Below, in pieces: positions 9,961 to 19,271 of a DNA stretch of 64,000 nt (positions are counted from its first letter, which is position 1; each line of letters opens with the position of its first letter). Source of the DNA: an uncultured Bacillota bacterium (lineage in GTDB: Bacteria > Sysuimicrobiota > Sysuimicrobiia > Sysuimicrobiales > Segetimicrobiaceae); assembly GCA_963804645.1 (NCBI GenBank), contig CAWDRG010000013.1, forward strand, positions 23,982-87,981. The letters are read 5' to 3'. The notes under the pieces were generated by a model that was given only the letters and a program-made list of their open reading frames with translations, did not search any database and had not been told where the DNA came from. Both the position numbers and the translations under genes were made by a program.

Positions 9961-10745
9961 TGGGCGGCCCCGCCGAGGTGGCGTGCGAGAAACGGCAGCA
10001 CCACGGGCGCCCACAGGTGCGGCGCGTGCACCCAGATCTGGTGCGCTTCGCGCTCGTCGGCGCCGAACGGCGGGAACAGGTGCCGCTCGCACGTCCCACC
10101 GGCCGAGCGGAGCCGCTCGAGGAGCGCCGCCGAGGGCGTGAGATCGAAGTCGTTCTTCGCCTGCAGGAGCAGCACGGGACATTGGATCTTCGCCGCGTAC
10201 TCGAGGAGAAACGGCCGCAAGCCCGGGACGGGTCCCCAGCTCATCGCCGCGGCGGCAAACGACACGCACGCGCGGACGGCAGGGTCGCGGGCGGCGGCGA
10301 GCAGCGAGTTGATCCCGCCGTACGACGAGCCCATGACCGCGGTCCGCGCCGGGTCCACCTCCGGCATCGCGCGCACGCACCGCAGGGCCGCGAGCACGTC
10401 GTCGCTTTCCGCGAGCAGGCGCGCGCACACCTGCGCGTCGTGGTCGGGCGTGCCGGTGGGGGCCGTCACCTCGTCGAGGCGGGACGGGCCCGGGGCGCCG
10501 GCGTATCCCCGCCGCCGCGCCACCAGCACCAGATAGCCGGCGGCGGTCAGCACCTCGGCGACGCCGGGCTTCGTGTCTTGCTCCAGCCCGCTGCCGTGGT
10601 TGAGCACGACCGCCGGGAACGGCCCCCGTCCGCGGGGACGGTACCGGTGCGCCGGCAGCTCGCGGCCGCCGCTCGGATATGTGAGCGGCTCGGCCGGGTG
10701 CGGTCCGGCGTGCGAAGTCTGGGAGTCCGGCACGGCCGCTACCAT
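9957..10745 (-). CDS. dienelactone-hydrolase-like alpha/beta hydrolase
   Basis: GPFPAVVLNHG, VDPARTAVMGSSYGG; overlaps both neighbours. Confidence 0.85.
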   Translation of the reverse strand: MVAAVPDSQTSHAGPHPAEPLTYPSGGRELPAHRYRPRGRGPFPAVVLNHGSGLEQDTKPGVAEVLTAAGYLVLVARRRGYAGAPGPSRLDEVTAPTGTPDHDAQVCARLLAESDDVLAALRCVRAMPEVDPARTAVMGSSYGGINSLLAAARDPAVRACVSFAAAAMSWGPVPGLRPFLLEYAAKIQCPVLLLQAKNDFDLTPSAALLERLRSAGGTCERHLFPPFGADEREAHQIWVHAPHLWAPVVLPFLARHLGGAAQ

Positions 10746-11953
10746 ACGCGCAGCGGACAGCCCGAGAGGGCCTCCGCGCCGTCCTCCGTAATCAGCACCG
10801 TCTCCTCGATGCACGCGGTGCCGAAGTGGGTCCGCACCAGCATCGGCTCGAGCGCGAACGTGTTCCCGGGCTCGAGGATCGAGGTCGTGGTCGGCCGCAG
10901 CGACGGCAGTTCGAACAGCGAGCATCCCAAGCCGTGCCCGAACCCCTTCGGCATGTAGTCCGCCTCGTAGCCCTCGCGCTCCGCGATCTCGCGCGCCGCC
11001 GCGATCAGGTCCTGCACCGGGACGCCGGGACCGGCCTTGGCAAACGCCGCCTCGTACATCGCCAGCCCGGTGTCGAGGAACCGCCGCTGCTCGTCGCTCG
11101 GCGTCCCGACGACCGTGCTGCGCGACACGTCCGCGAAGTAGCCCGCATACATCGCGGCCATATCGAGGAACACCATATCCCCGGACTCCATGACGCGGTC
11201 GCTCGGCGCGCAGTGCTTGAGGCCGGCGCGCGGCCCGGTCGCCACCGCGCTGTCGAACGCCAGCGCATCCGCCCCTTCTTTAAAGGCGGCGGCGTGCGCG
11301 GCGGCCGCGACGTCGCGCTCGCGCGCCCCGGGGGACAGCGCGGCAAGGGCCGCCTCGTGCATGCGGCCGGAGATCCACGCGGCCCGCCGCATCGCCTCGA
11401 TCTCCGGCGCCGACTTCTTCGCCCGAACGGCGAACAAGAGATCGTCCGCCGGCACCCACGCAACGCGCGGCAGCCGCTCGCGCAGGTCTTCCATGAACCG
11501 GTACGGCAGGATCGGGCCTCCGGCGATCCCCACGCGCCCGCGGTCTGCCCGCGCCTCCTGCAGCCGGTCGGCGGTGTGCCCCGAGACGCTCGTCTCGAGC
11601 GTCTTCGCCATGCCGGGACGCTCCGCGGGACGCGCGTCGTCCAGCCAGGTCGCCCAGATCGACGTGTGCATGGGCTCTCCGTGCATCAGCCAGTTGGTCG
11701 ACAGCATCGGCGCCCCGTCGACGGGTACGACCACCACCGTATCGCCGGGGCCGGCTTCGAAGTTCGACAGGTACCGGACGTGCCCGGGATCGCCCCGATT
11801 CGAAAACGCGACAAGCGCGCTGAGGCGCTCCACCCGAAGCTTCGCCTGCACCGCCACGATCCGGCGCTCATACTCCTCCCGAGGAAACGGCAGGTTCGTC
11901 CAGGGACGCCGCTCCTCGAGACCGTACGCCACTTTGGCCTGATACGTCGCCAT
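10739..11953 (-). CDS. M24-family (Xaa-Pro peptidase/creatinase-like) hydrolase
   Basis: KSAPEIE, DMA..GYFADVSR, GHGLG, LEP, IEET; ATG after GGAGGG. Confidence 0.88.
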   Translation of the reverse strand: MATYQAKVAYGLEERRPWTNLPFPREEYERRIVAVQAKLRVERLSALVAFSNRGDPGHVRYLSNFEAGPGDTVVVVPVDGAPMLSTNWLMHGEPMHTSIWATWLDDARPAERPGMAKTLETSVSGHTADRLQEARADRGRVGIAGGPILPYRFMEDLRERLPRVAWVPADDLLFAVRAKKSAPEIEAMRRAAWISGRMHEAALAALSPGARERDVAAAAHAAAFKEGADALAFDSAVATGPRAGLKHCAPSDRVMESGDMVFLDMAAMYAGYFADVSRSTVVGTPSDEQRRFLDTGLAMYEAAFAKAGPGVPVQDLIAAAREIAEREGYEADYMPKGFGHGLGCSLFELPSLRPTTTSILEPGNTFALEPMLVRTHFGTACIEETVLITEDGAEALSGCPLRVW

Positions 11954-12223
11954 GGGTTCCCTCCAGGACGTGACCGTCGGTCGTATTCTGTTCCGCCCCG
12001 CCGGAGGCCGTCCCTGTTTCGCGGGACAGACGGCGCCGCCGGAGGGGCACGGCGGGAAGGCAAGCATCTCCAGAGAGGGCGCGCGGCGAGACCTCGATCC
12101 GCCCGGCACACACGATCGGTGCGCCGCGTGACGGCAACGGAAGGCTCGCTGGCCGGTCCGGAGCGGTTCCGGCGCCGCGCTGGACAACACAGCGGGGAGC
12201 CGCGCGGGCGCGCGGCCCGTGCG

Positions 12224-12796
12224 CTAGATCCTGCGGACCCCACCGACCGTCGTCGCGGCCGGCGGCATCGGGGACTTCGAGGTGCGGCGGACCGGTTGGA
12301 TCTCGACCGGGTCGGTCTCGATGACGTACGTGCCGAGAATCTTGTCGTGCCAAGCTTGGTGGTTGTCGTCGAAGAGCGCCCACACGAACCCGAACCCGAG
12401 GACCGCCGCCGACAGCACCTTGGCAAACCACTCGCGAATTATCATCGTGAAGAAACTGGCAGGATGGCCGGTGTCATCGATGACCTGCAGCTTGAACAGG
12501 CGCTTGCCGGGGCTCGCGCCGTCGGACAGCAGGAGCAGCCACCACGCCAAATAGGCCAGCAGCACGAGCGCCGCACCGCCGGCCACCATGGACGGGACCT
12601 GCACGTTCCCGACCGTGACCTCGCCGGCCGCGATGACGATGCCCCAGTCGACGATGGTCGCCGCCAACCTGCGTGCCGGGCTCGCGCTGCGTCCGAGCGA
12701 CACGTTGGCCAGGAAGCTTCGACAGCGAGGACAGAAGCGGCCGCCAGCCTCCACCGTCGCGTGACAGGCCGGGCACTCCATCATGACCTTCGCCAT
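12224..12796 (-). CDS. RDD-family membrane protein with N-terminal zinc ribbon
   Basis: CPAC..FCPRC, RRLAATIVD, SPGKRLFKLQV, HQAWHDKILGTYV. Confidence 0.88.
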   Translation of the reverse strand: MAKVMMECPACHATVEAGGRFCPRCRSFLANVSLGRSASPARRLAATIVDWGIVIAAGEVTVGNVQVPSMVAGGAALVLLAYLAWWLLLLSDGASPGKRLFKLQVIDDTGHPASFFTMIIREWFAKVLSAAVLGFGFVWALFDDNHQAWHDKILGTYVIETDPVEIQPVRRTSKSPMPPAATTVGGVRRI

Positions 12797-12941
12797 CCGC
12801 GCCCCCCTCGCACCGGAGTGCGAGTCGCCGCCTCCCGGCCCAGACGCCGGAATTCCGGCTCCCTCAATATCTACGCCGCGGAGGTCCTACCTCCTGTTAC
12901 ATTGGCCCGGCGGGGGCGCCGAGGCACCAGCGGTGACCCGC

Positions 12942-13565
12942 CTACGGCGAGGAGCCGCCGCCGGTCACGGCCGCGAGCGTCGGCGCCACGGTGGGGGCCA
13001 GCGCCTGGTGCAGCACCTGCTGCATCACCAGCCCGAGCATGATCCCCTCCCCAAGCGCGGTTCCCTTCGTCTGCCAGACGAGCCGGCCCAGGGCCGCGTC
13101 GAAGACCTGCACGACTAAGTTGACCGTGCCGAGATACTGCCCGCCTGGCGGCGATGCATCGTCCATGGGGCTGAACGAGAAGAGCGTGATCCATCCAACC
13201 ACCAGGCGGTCCGCGCCGACACGCTGGGCCAGTGCTCCGAGGCGTGAAAAATTCAACGCGTCGCTGCCGCGCCACCGCAGCGCGGCCTCCGCGGCCGAGA
13301 CCTGCCCTCGGGGCACCACCGTGATCCGTCCCTCCCCGGCGCGGGCGAGCGCCGCCGAGAGGTCGTCCGCGGAAAACCGCTCGGGCACGACACCCAAGGC
13401 GCCGTCGATAGGCTGGGGCGCATAGAAGTCCACGACGCCGACCACGGGCACGGCGGCGGCCTGCGCCGCCCGGCCGCGGGGCGCCACTCCCGCGCCGGCG
13501 AGCAGCATCCCGACCAGCGCACCGAGCGCCCACGCACATCTCACCCGGGTTGTCCATCGCGGCAT
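12942..13565 (-). CDS. secreted protein, CsgG/TolB_N-like fold
   Basis: signal peptide, VGVVDF, LAQRVGADRLVVGWI, VFDAALGRLVW; ATG after AAGGAGG. Confidence 0.6.
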   Translation of the reverse strand: MPRWTTRVRCAWALGALVGMLLAGAGVAPRGRAAQAAAVPVVGVVDFYAPQPIDGALGVVPERFSADDLSAALARAGEGRITVVPRGQVSAAEAALRWRGSDALNFSRLGALAQRVGADRLVVGWITLFSFSPMDDASPPGGQYLGTVNLVVQVFDAALGRLVWQTKGTALGEGIMLGLVMQQVLHQALAPTVAPTLAAVTGGGSSP

Positions 13566-13734
13566 GTCCGCGTCCTCCTTGAACGGTGCGCAGACGAACA
13601 CCGTCCCCACAACATTATCCCACCGGGAGGGGGCACGATGTGTGCCGGGTGCGGGCGATCCCGTCCAGGCAGGCGTCCGCCCGGGAGCCGCGGAACCTCC
13701 GGGAAAGCCCGCACGCCGATCGCGGAGGGTCCGC

Positions 13735-14268
13735 ATGGAACACGCTGGCAGGATCACGGTGTTCGGCTCCTCCCGGGCGGCCCCGGACGACACGGTGTAT
13801 CGGGACGCGCGCCGCCTCGGGCGCCTGCTGGCCGAGGCCGGGTACGCGGTGTGCTCCGGCGGATACGCGGGGGTGATGGAAGCGGTCAGCCTCGGCGCCG
13901 CGGAGGGCGGCGGGACCGCGATCGGGGTCACGGTCGCGTCGTGGGCCGCCCAGGTCAGGCCGAACCCCTGGCTCACGAGCGAGATCGCGACCGCCGATCT
14001 GTTCGACCGGCTGGCCCGGCTGATCGCGAGCGACGCGTACGTCGCAATGCCGGGCGGCCCCGGCACGCTCGGAGAGGTCGCGCTCACCTGGAACCTCTTT
14101 CAGACCCACTCGATACCAGTCCGGCCCCTGATCCTCGTCGGACCCGAGTGGCGGCGCGGGCTTGCGCAGTTGGCGGAGAACTTCCGGATCACACCGTCCG
14201 ACCTGGCCTTCCTGCGCACCGTGGACTCCGTCGACGAGGTCCTGCCGGCGATCCGTGCGCCTCGATAG
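13735..14268 (+). CDS. LOG/lysine-decarboxylase-like Rossmann-fold protein
   Basis: ITVFGSS, SGGYAGVMEA, PGGPGTLGE. Confidence 0.88.
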   Translation: MEHAGRITVFGSSRAAPDDTVYRDARRLGRLLAEAGYAVCSGGYAGVMEAVSLGAAEGGGTAIGVTVASWAAQVRPNPWLTSEIATADLFDRLARLIASDAYVAMPGGPGTLGEVALTWNLFQTHSIPVRPLILVGPEWRRGLAQLAENFRITPSDLAFLRTVDSVDEVLPAIRAPR

Positions 14269-14372
14269 ACCGCGGCGCGGGCGCACCTCGAGCGCACGTG
14301 TCGCTGCCGGATTGGCGTGTCCCGCGACCACGGCCCGCGTGGCGCCCCGCCGTGCCGGGGCGCAGACGTGCG

Positions 14373-15131
14373 TCACATCTTGAAGACGGACCAGCCGCCG
14401 TCGATGCGGATTTCCTGGCCGGTGATATAGGCGGCCGCCGGAGACGCCAAGTACACGGCCAGCCGTGCGACCTCGACGGGATCCCCCATGCGTGCCTGCG
14501 GAATCTCGCTCAGCACCGCCTCGCGCTTGAGGTGCCCCATGCGCAGCGCGTGCGTCCACATCGCGGTCGCGAACATCCCGGGCGCGATCGCCACCACCCG
14601 CACGTTGTGCGGCGCCCATTCGACGGCGAGACTGCGCGTGACGGCCGCCACCCCGGCCTTGCTCGCCGAGTACGGCATCCGGCGAGGCCACGCAAACTCG
14701 GACGCGACGGACGAGATGTTGATGATCACCCCGCCCCCGTGCCCCACCATGTGGCGCCCCGCGGCGAGGCACCAGTATACGGTCCCGTGCAGATTGACGT
14801 TGAGCACGCGGGCGTAGTCGGCGGGCGTAAGTTCCAGCGACGGACACTGGTACTGGATCCCCGCCGCGTTGACGAGCACGTCGAGCCCGCCGTAGGTGTC
14901 GACGACGTGGCCTGCCGCCGCGGCGACCTGGTCGGAGTCCGTCACGTCGACCCGGCAGACGTGGGCACGCCCTCCCTGGCGCGTGATGGCCTCCACCGTG
15001 CTCAGGGCCGCCGCCTCGTCCACGTCGGCCACCACGACGACGTGGCCCTGTGCAGCGAACTCGGTGGCGATGGCACCGCCCAGCCCGCCTCCCGCGCCCG
15101 TTACGACCGCCACCGCCGCTCCGTCCGCCAT
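14373..15131 (-). CDS. short-chain dehydrogenase/reductase
   Basis: TGAGGGLG, NAAG, YSASK, DGG. Confidence 0.9.
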   Translation of the reverse strand: MADGAAVAVVTGAGGGLGGAIATEFAAQGHVVVVADVDEAAALSTVEAITRQGGRAHVCRVDVTDSDQVAAAAGHVVDTYGGLDVLVNAAGIQYQCPSLELTPADYARVLNVNLHGTVYWCLAAGRHMVGHGGGVIINISSVASEFAWPRRMPYSASKAGVAAVTRSLAVEWAPHNVRVVAIAPGMFATAMWTHALRMGHLKREAVLSEIPQARMGDPVEVARLAVYLASPAAAYITGQEIRIDGGWSVFKM

Positions 15132-15323
15132 GCGACCCCCCCGTGTGCTGCGTCGATCGACTGTCAGTGGTGTGGGCGTGCTCGGATCGAGCGCGGCACC
15201 GTGTCCGTCACCGCGGACCCGACCGGTGTCGCGTGCTGAGGCAGCGGCACGGGATCGCCCGGGACGGGCCACCGATCGAACCCACCAGTCCGTCCACGGA
15301 GGTGACGCGCCGGGGTCTCCGGG

Positions 15324-16808
15324 TCACCGGACGGTCGCGACGTCCCGCTCGGGCGCAACCGGGAACGGGCGCGGCCTGAGGAGCTGCGCGAAGGAAACGG
15401 GCGTCGGAAACACCTTCCATGGGTTCATCCGGCCGGCCGGGTCGAACACCACCTTGAGGCGCCGCATCGCCGCGAGGTCCGCCGCGGTGTAGATCCACGG
15501 CATGTAGTTGTTCTTCTCGAACCCGATGCCGTGCTCCCCGGAGATCGTGCCCCCGACGTCGACGCACAGCCGCAGCATCTCTTCCCCGGCACGAAGCACG
15601 CGGTCCGTCTCCCCCGGCACCCGGGCATCGAAGCCGATGATCGGGTGGAGGTTCCCATCCCCCGCATGAGACACGTTGATCATCAGGAGGTGCTCGCGCG
15701 CCGCGATCGCCTGCACGCGTCGCAGCACCTCCGGCAGCCGCGATCTCGGCACGACGGCGTCGTGGAGGTAGTAGTTGACCACGATGCGCCCGACGGTCCC
15801 GAACGCCGCCTTGCGGCCGAGCCACAACGCCTGGCGCTGCTCCTCGGTATCGGCGGCGCGCACCTCGACCGACCCGTGGGCGCGGCAGATCTCTCGCACA
15901 GCCGCGGCGGCGCCGGGCAGCGTCCCGCGCAACCCTTCCACTTCGATCAACAGCACTGCCTCCGCGTCGCGCGGGTACCCCGCGTGCACGAAGCGCTCGA
16001 TGACCTCGATCGCGTTTCGATCCATCAACTCCAACGCCACCGGTCCGATGCCCCGCCCGATGATCTCGGTGACGGCCTCGCCCGCGCGCCCGATGTCGTC
16101 GAACGCCGCCAGCAGCGTGACCACGGCCTCACGCCGCCGCAGCAAGCGTATCCAGATCCGCGTGACGATCCCGAGCGTCCCCTCCCCGCCGACCACGAGC
16201 CCGGTAAGGTCCATGCCCGGGGCGTCCGGTCCGTCGGCCCCGACCCGGATGAGCGTCCCATCGGGCAGCGCCAGTTCGAGCCCGAGGATGTGGTGGGTGG
16301 TGACGCCGTAGGCGATTGTGTGCGGGCCGCCAGCGTTGTGGCCCACGTTGCCGCCGATGCTGCTCGCGTACTGACTGCTGGGATCCGGCGCGTAGAAGTA
16401 ACCCAGGTCGGCCACCGCCCGGGTGATCTCGATGTTCGTGACTCCCGGCTCCACAACGGCCATCCGGTTGTCGAGATCGATGTCGAGAATCCGGTTCATC
16501 CGGTTGAGCCCGACCACGATGCCGCCGAGGATCGGCAGCGCGCCGCCGGCGATCCCCGTCCCCGCCCCCCGGGGCACGACCGGACTGCCGTGCTTCGCCG
16601 CCACCCGCAGGATCTCGCAGACCTCATCCGTGGTGCCCGGCAACACCACCAGGTCGGGGGCGGCAGTGATGTTCGACGCGTCGTACTCGTACGCCAACAC
16701 GTCGCCGGCGTCGGCGAAGACATACGCCTCGCCGACCACCGCGACGAGCTCCCTCACGAGCTCGGCGCGCGACGGCATCGGGACGCGCGCGTCCGCGAGC
16801 TCCATCAC
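15324..16808 (-). CDS. glcD: FAD-linked oxidase, glycolate oxidase subunit GlcD-like
   Basis: PRGAGT, PDPSS, GGNVGHNAGG, HAGDGNLHP, GEHGIG. Confidence 0.85.
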   Translation of the reverse strand: MMELADARVPMPSRAELVRELVAVVGEAYVFADAGDVLAYEYDASNITAAPDLVVLPGTTDEVCEILRVAAKHGSPVVPRGAGTGIAGGALPILGGIVVGLNRMNRILDIDLDNRMAVVEPGVTNIEITRAVADLGYFYAPDPSSQYASSIGGNVGHNAGGPHTIAYGVTTHHILGLELALPDGTLIRVGADGPDAPGMDLTGLVVGGEGTLGIVTRIWIRLLRRREAVVTLLAAFDDIGRAGEAVTEIIGRGIGPVALELMDRNAIEVIERFVHAGYPRDAEAVLLIEVEGLRGTLPGAAAAVREICRAHGSVEVRAADTEEQRQALWLGRKAAFGTVGRIVVNYYLHDAVVPRSRLPEVLRRVQAIAAREHLLMINVSHAGDGNLHPIIGFDARVPGETDRVLRAGEEMLRLCVDVGGTISGEHGIGFEKNNYMPWIYTAADLAAMRRLKVVFDPAGRMNPWKVFPTPVSFAQLLRPRPFPVAPERDVATVR

Positions 16809-16848
16809 GCGGCCCCCCCGCCCTTGGCCGTGCCGCCCCGCGCGCCCG

Positions 16849-18255
16849 TCACCCTGTAGCGGCTCCGGAGGTCGGAAGTCTCGAGGCCTTCCATGCCGTG
16901 AGGCCCCCGACGAGGTCCGCGACGGTGCTGACCCCGTGCTCCGCCAGCAGGCTCGCGGCGATGGCCGACCGGTAGCCGCCCTGGCAGTGGACCACGACCG
17001 GCCGATCTCGCGGCACCTCGCCGAGGCGCTCCAACAGGTGGTTCAGGGGGATGCCCAGGCTGCCTTCGATCCACTCCGCCTGGCGTTCGGCCGGGGCGCG
17101 CACGTCCACGACGACCGGCCTCATCTCCGACCGCAGCTGCTCCTCGAGCGCGGTTGCGGTGACGCGATCGATGCGCCGGACGAGCTCGGGCTGCGGGTCG
17201 ACCGCGGCCATGCCGCCCTCGAGATAGCCGACGACGTTGTCGAAGCCGATGCGGCCGAGCCGCATCGCCGATTCCAGCTCGCGCCCGGCATCCGCCACCA
17301 CGACGATCGGCCGCGCGGGATCCAGCAGCGTGCCGGCCCACGTCGCGAATTGACCGGCGAGGCTGATGTTCACGCTGTCGAGCAGGTGCGCGCCCTCAAA
17401 CTCCGCCGGCTCGCGTGTGTCCAGCAGCTGCGCCCCGGTGTTGCGCAGCCGCAGCACCTCGTCGAGCGTGAGCGGGCGCAGTTCTCGGCGCAGCGACTCC
17501 TCGAGCGTCGGCCGCTGCTTAGTGTTCAGGATCGCGTCGTAGGTGAAGTACGGCGGCGCGTCGGGTTGCTCCGCGAGCACGATCGAGATGAACTCGTCCT
17601 TGGTCATGGGCTGGAGCGCGTAGTTGTAGCGCCGCTGCGCGCCGATCGTAGAGACGGTGTCCGTGCTCAGATTCTTCCCGCACAGCGATCCGGCCCCGTG
17701 GGCGGGATAGACGCACGTGTCGTCGGGGAGCCGCAGGAGCTTCTCGTGCAGCGAGTCGTACAGCAGACTGGCCAGTGCGGTGGCCGACCACCCGAGCGCC
17801 GCGCGAAGGTCCGGGCGGCCGACGTCGCCGATAAACAGGGTATCCCCCGTCAGCACCGCGTACGGCGTCGCCGCGTTCTTCGCCAGGTCGTACACGACGA
17901 TGGAGATCGACTCGGGAGAGTGCCCGGGGGTCTCCAGCACAGACAGGCGCACGTCTCCGAACTCCACCGCGTCACCGTCGCCGAGCGGCGTGAACGGATA
18001 CTCGGCCGAGGCCGCCTTGCCGAGATAGATCTCCGCACCGGTCCGCTCGCGGAGCTCGAGGTGCCCCGCGACGAAGTCGGCGTGCAGATGCGTCAGGAAG
18101 ACGTGGCGGATCTCGAGTCCCGCGTCCCGCGCGTCGGCCAGATACTGATCCACGTCCCGCTGCGGGTCGATGATGGCTGCGGTCCCGGTGCGCTCGTCGC
18201 CCACCAGATACGACGCGTGCGCGAGGCACTTCAGATAGTACTGGGTCAGGATCAT
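16849..18255 (-). CDS. MBL-fold hydrolase with tandem rhodanese domains (persulfide dioxygenase/sulfurtransferase type)
   Basis: THLHADF, TPGHSPE, GDTLFIGDVGRPDL, PAHGAGSLCG, HCQGGYRS. Confidence 0.9.
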   Translation of the reverse strand: MILTQYYLKCLAHASYLVGDERTGTAAIIDPQRDVDQYLADARDAGLEIRHVFLTHLHADFVAGHLELRERTGAEIYLGKAASAEYPFTPLGDGDAVEFGDVRLSVLETPGHSPESISIVVYDLAKNAATPYAVLTGDTLFIGDVGRPDLRAALGWSATALASLLYDSLHEKLLRLPDDTCVYPAHGAGSLCGKNLSTDTVSTIGAQRRYNYALQPMTKDEFISIVLAEQPDAPPYFTYDAILNTKQRPTLEESLRRELRPLTLDEVLRLRNTGAQLLDTREPAEFEGAHLLDSVNISLAGQFATWAGTLLDPARPIVVVADAGRELESAMRLGRIGFDNVVGYLEGGMAAVDPQPELVRRIDRVTATALEEQLRSEMRPVVVDVRAPAERQAEWIEGSLGIPLNHLLERLGEVPRDRPVVVHCQGGYRSAIAASLLAEHGVSTVADLVGGLTAWKASRLPTSGAATG

Positions 18256-18368
18256 GTCACACCTCCGCCCTACGATCGAGGTTCCGTCGACCGGAGACAA
18301 ATTCCTTTCCCCGCGGGGCCACTCTGAGTCACCTCGCGAACTCGCACGTACGCGGCGCGCGACCGCCG

Positions 18369-19163
18369 CTACAGCGGCGGCGTAAACCGTCCGTCGATCG
18401 CGGTCCAGCCACCGTCGACGAACAGCAGCGCGCCGGTCACGTAACTCGCGGCGTCGGACGCGAGAAACACCACCGGGCCCGCGATCTCGTCGGGCGACGC
18501 CCAGCGGTCGAGCGCGGAGTGGGCGGCGTACGCCCGGTACCACGCGGGCTGCTCCTTGATCTGGCGCGTGAGCGGCGTATCGACCACCCCGGGCGCGATC
18601 GCGTTCACGCGCACCCCGCGCGGGCCGAGTTCCGCCGCGAGCGTGCGGCACAGGAGGACGACGCCGGCCTTCGTGGCCGCGTACACGCTCTGACCCGGCT
18701 CGACCGTCTGCGCCCGGATCGACGCGAAGGCGATGATGCTTCCGCGTCCCCGTTCGGCCATGTGCCGACCTGCCTCCCGGAGCACGTAAAACGTCCCCTT
18801 GAAGTTCACGGTGAGTACCCGGTCCAGTTCTTCGGCGCTGTACGCGAGGACGGGCTTGCGGACGTTGATCGCCGGCGTCGTGACGACCGCGTCGAGCGCG
18901 CCGTACCGGGCGAGCGCGTCCTCGAACAGCCGCCGCACGTCGTCCTCCCGGACGACGTCCACCGTCTGCGCTTCGGCCTGTCCGCCGCCATCGGCGATCA
19001 TCGCCGCGGTGGCCCGGGCGGCCTCGGGCCGGAGGTCGGCCGCGACCACGACCGCGCCGTGCGCCGCGAGCGCGCGGGCGGACGCCTGCCCGATGCCGGA
19101 GCCGGCGCCGATCACGACCGCGACCTTGCCGTCGAGACGAAACAAGCGTCCGTAGTCCATCAT
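18369..19163 (-). CDS. short-chain dehydrogenase/reductase
   Basis: GAGSGIG, YAATK, VNAIAPG, VDGGWT. Confidence 0.9.
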   Translation of the reverse strand: MMDYGRLFRLDGKVAVVIGAGSGIGQASARALAAHGAVVVAADLRPEAARATAAMIADGGGQAEAQTVDVVREDDVRRLFEDALARYGALDAVVTTPAINVRKPVLAYSAEELDRVLTVNFKGTFYVLREAGRHMAERGRGSIIAFASIRAQTVEPGQSVYAATKAGVVLLCRTLAAELGPRGVRVNAIAPGVVDTPLTRQIKEQPAWYRAYAAHSALDRWASPDEIAGPVVFLASDAASYVTGALLFVDGGWTAIDGRFTPPL

Positions 19164-19271
19164 CGCCCCCCGCACGGCCGAGTTCCGCCCCGGCGAACAG
19201 GAGTTTCGAGGCGGGGAGGACAAATACTTCCCCGTCGTCCAACGACGCCACTCACGAGGGAGCCCCCACCG

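Noticed and set aside
11954-12223. Possible riboswitch in the leader of the M24 operon (CTCTGGAGA on minus strand, GC hairpins)
   Set aside because: Remaining glycine-aptamer motifs not found; hairpins are expected by chance at this GC content
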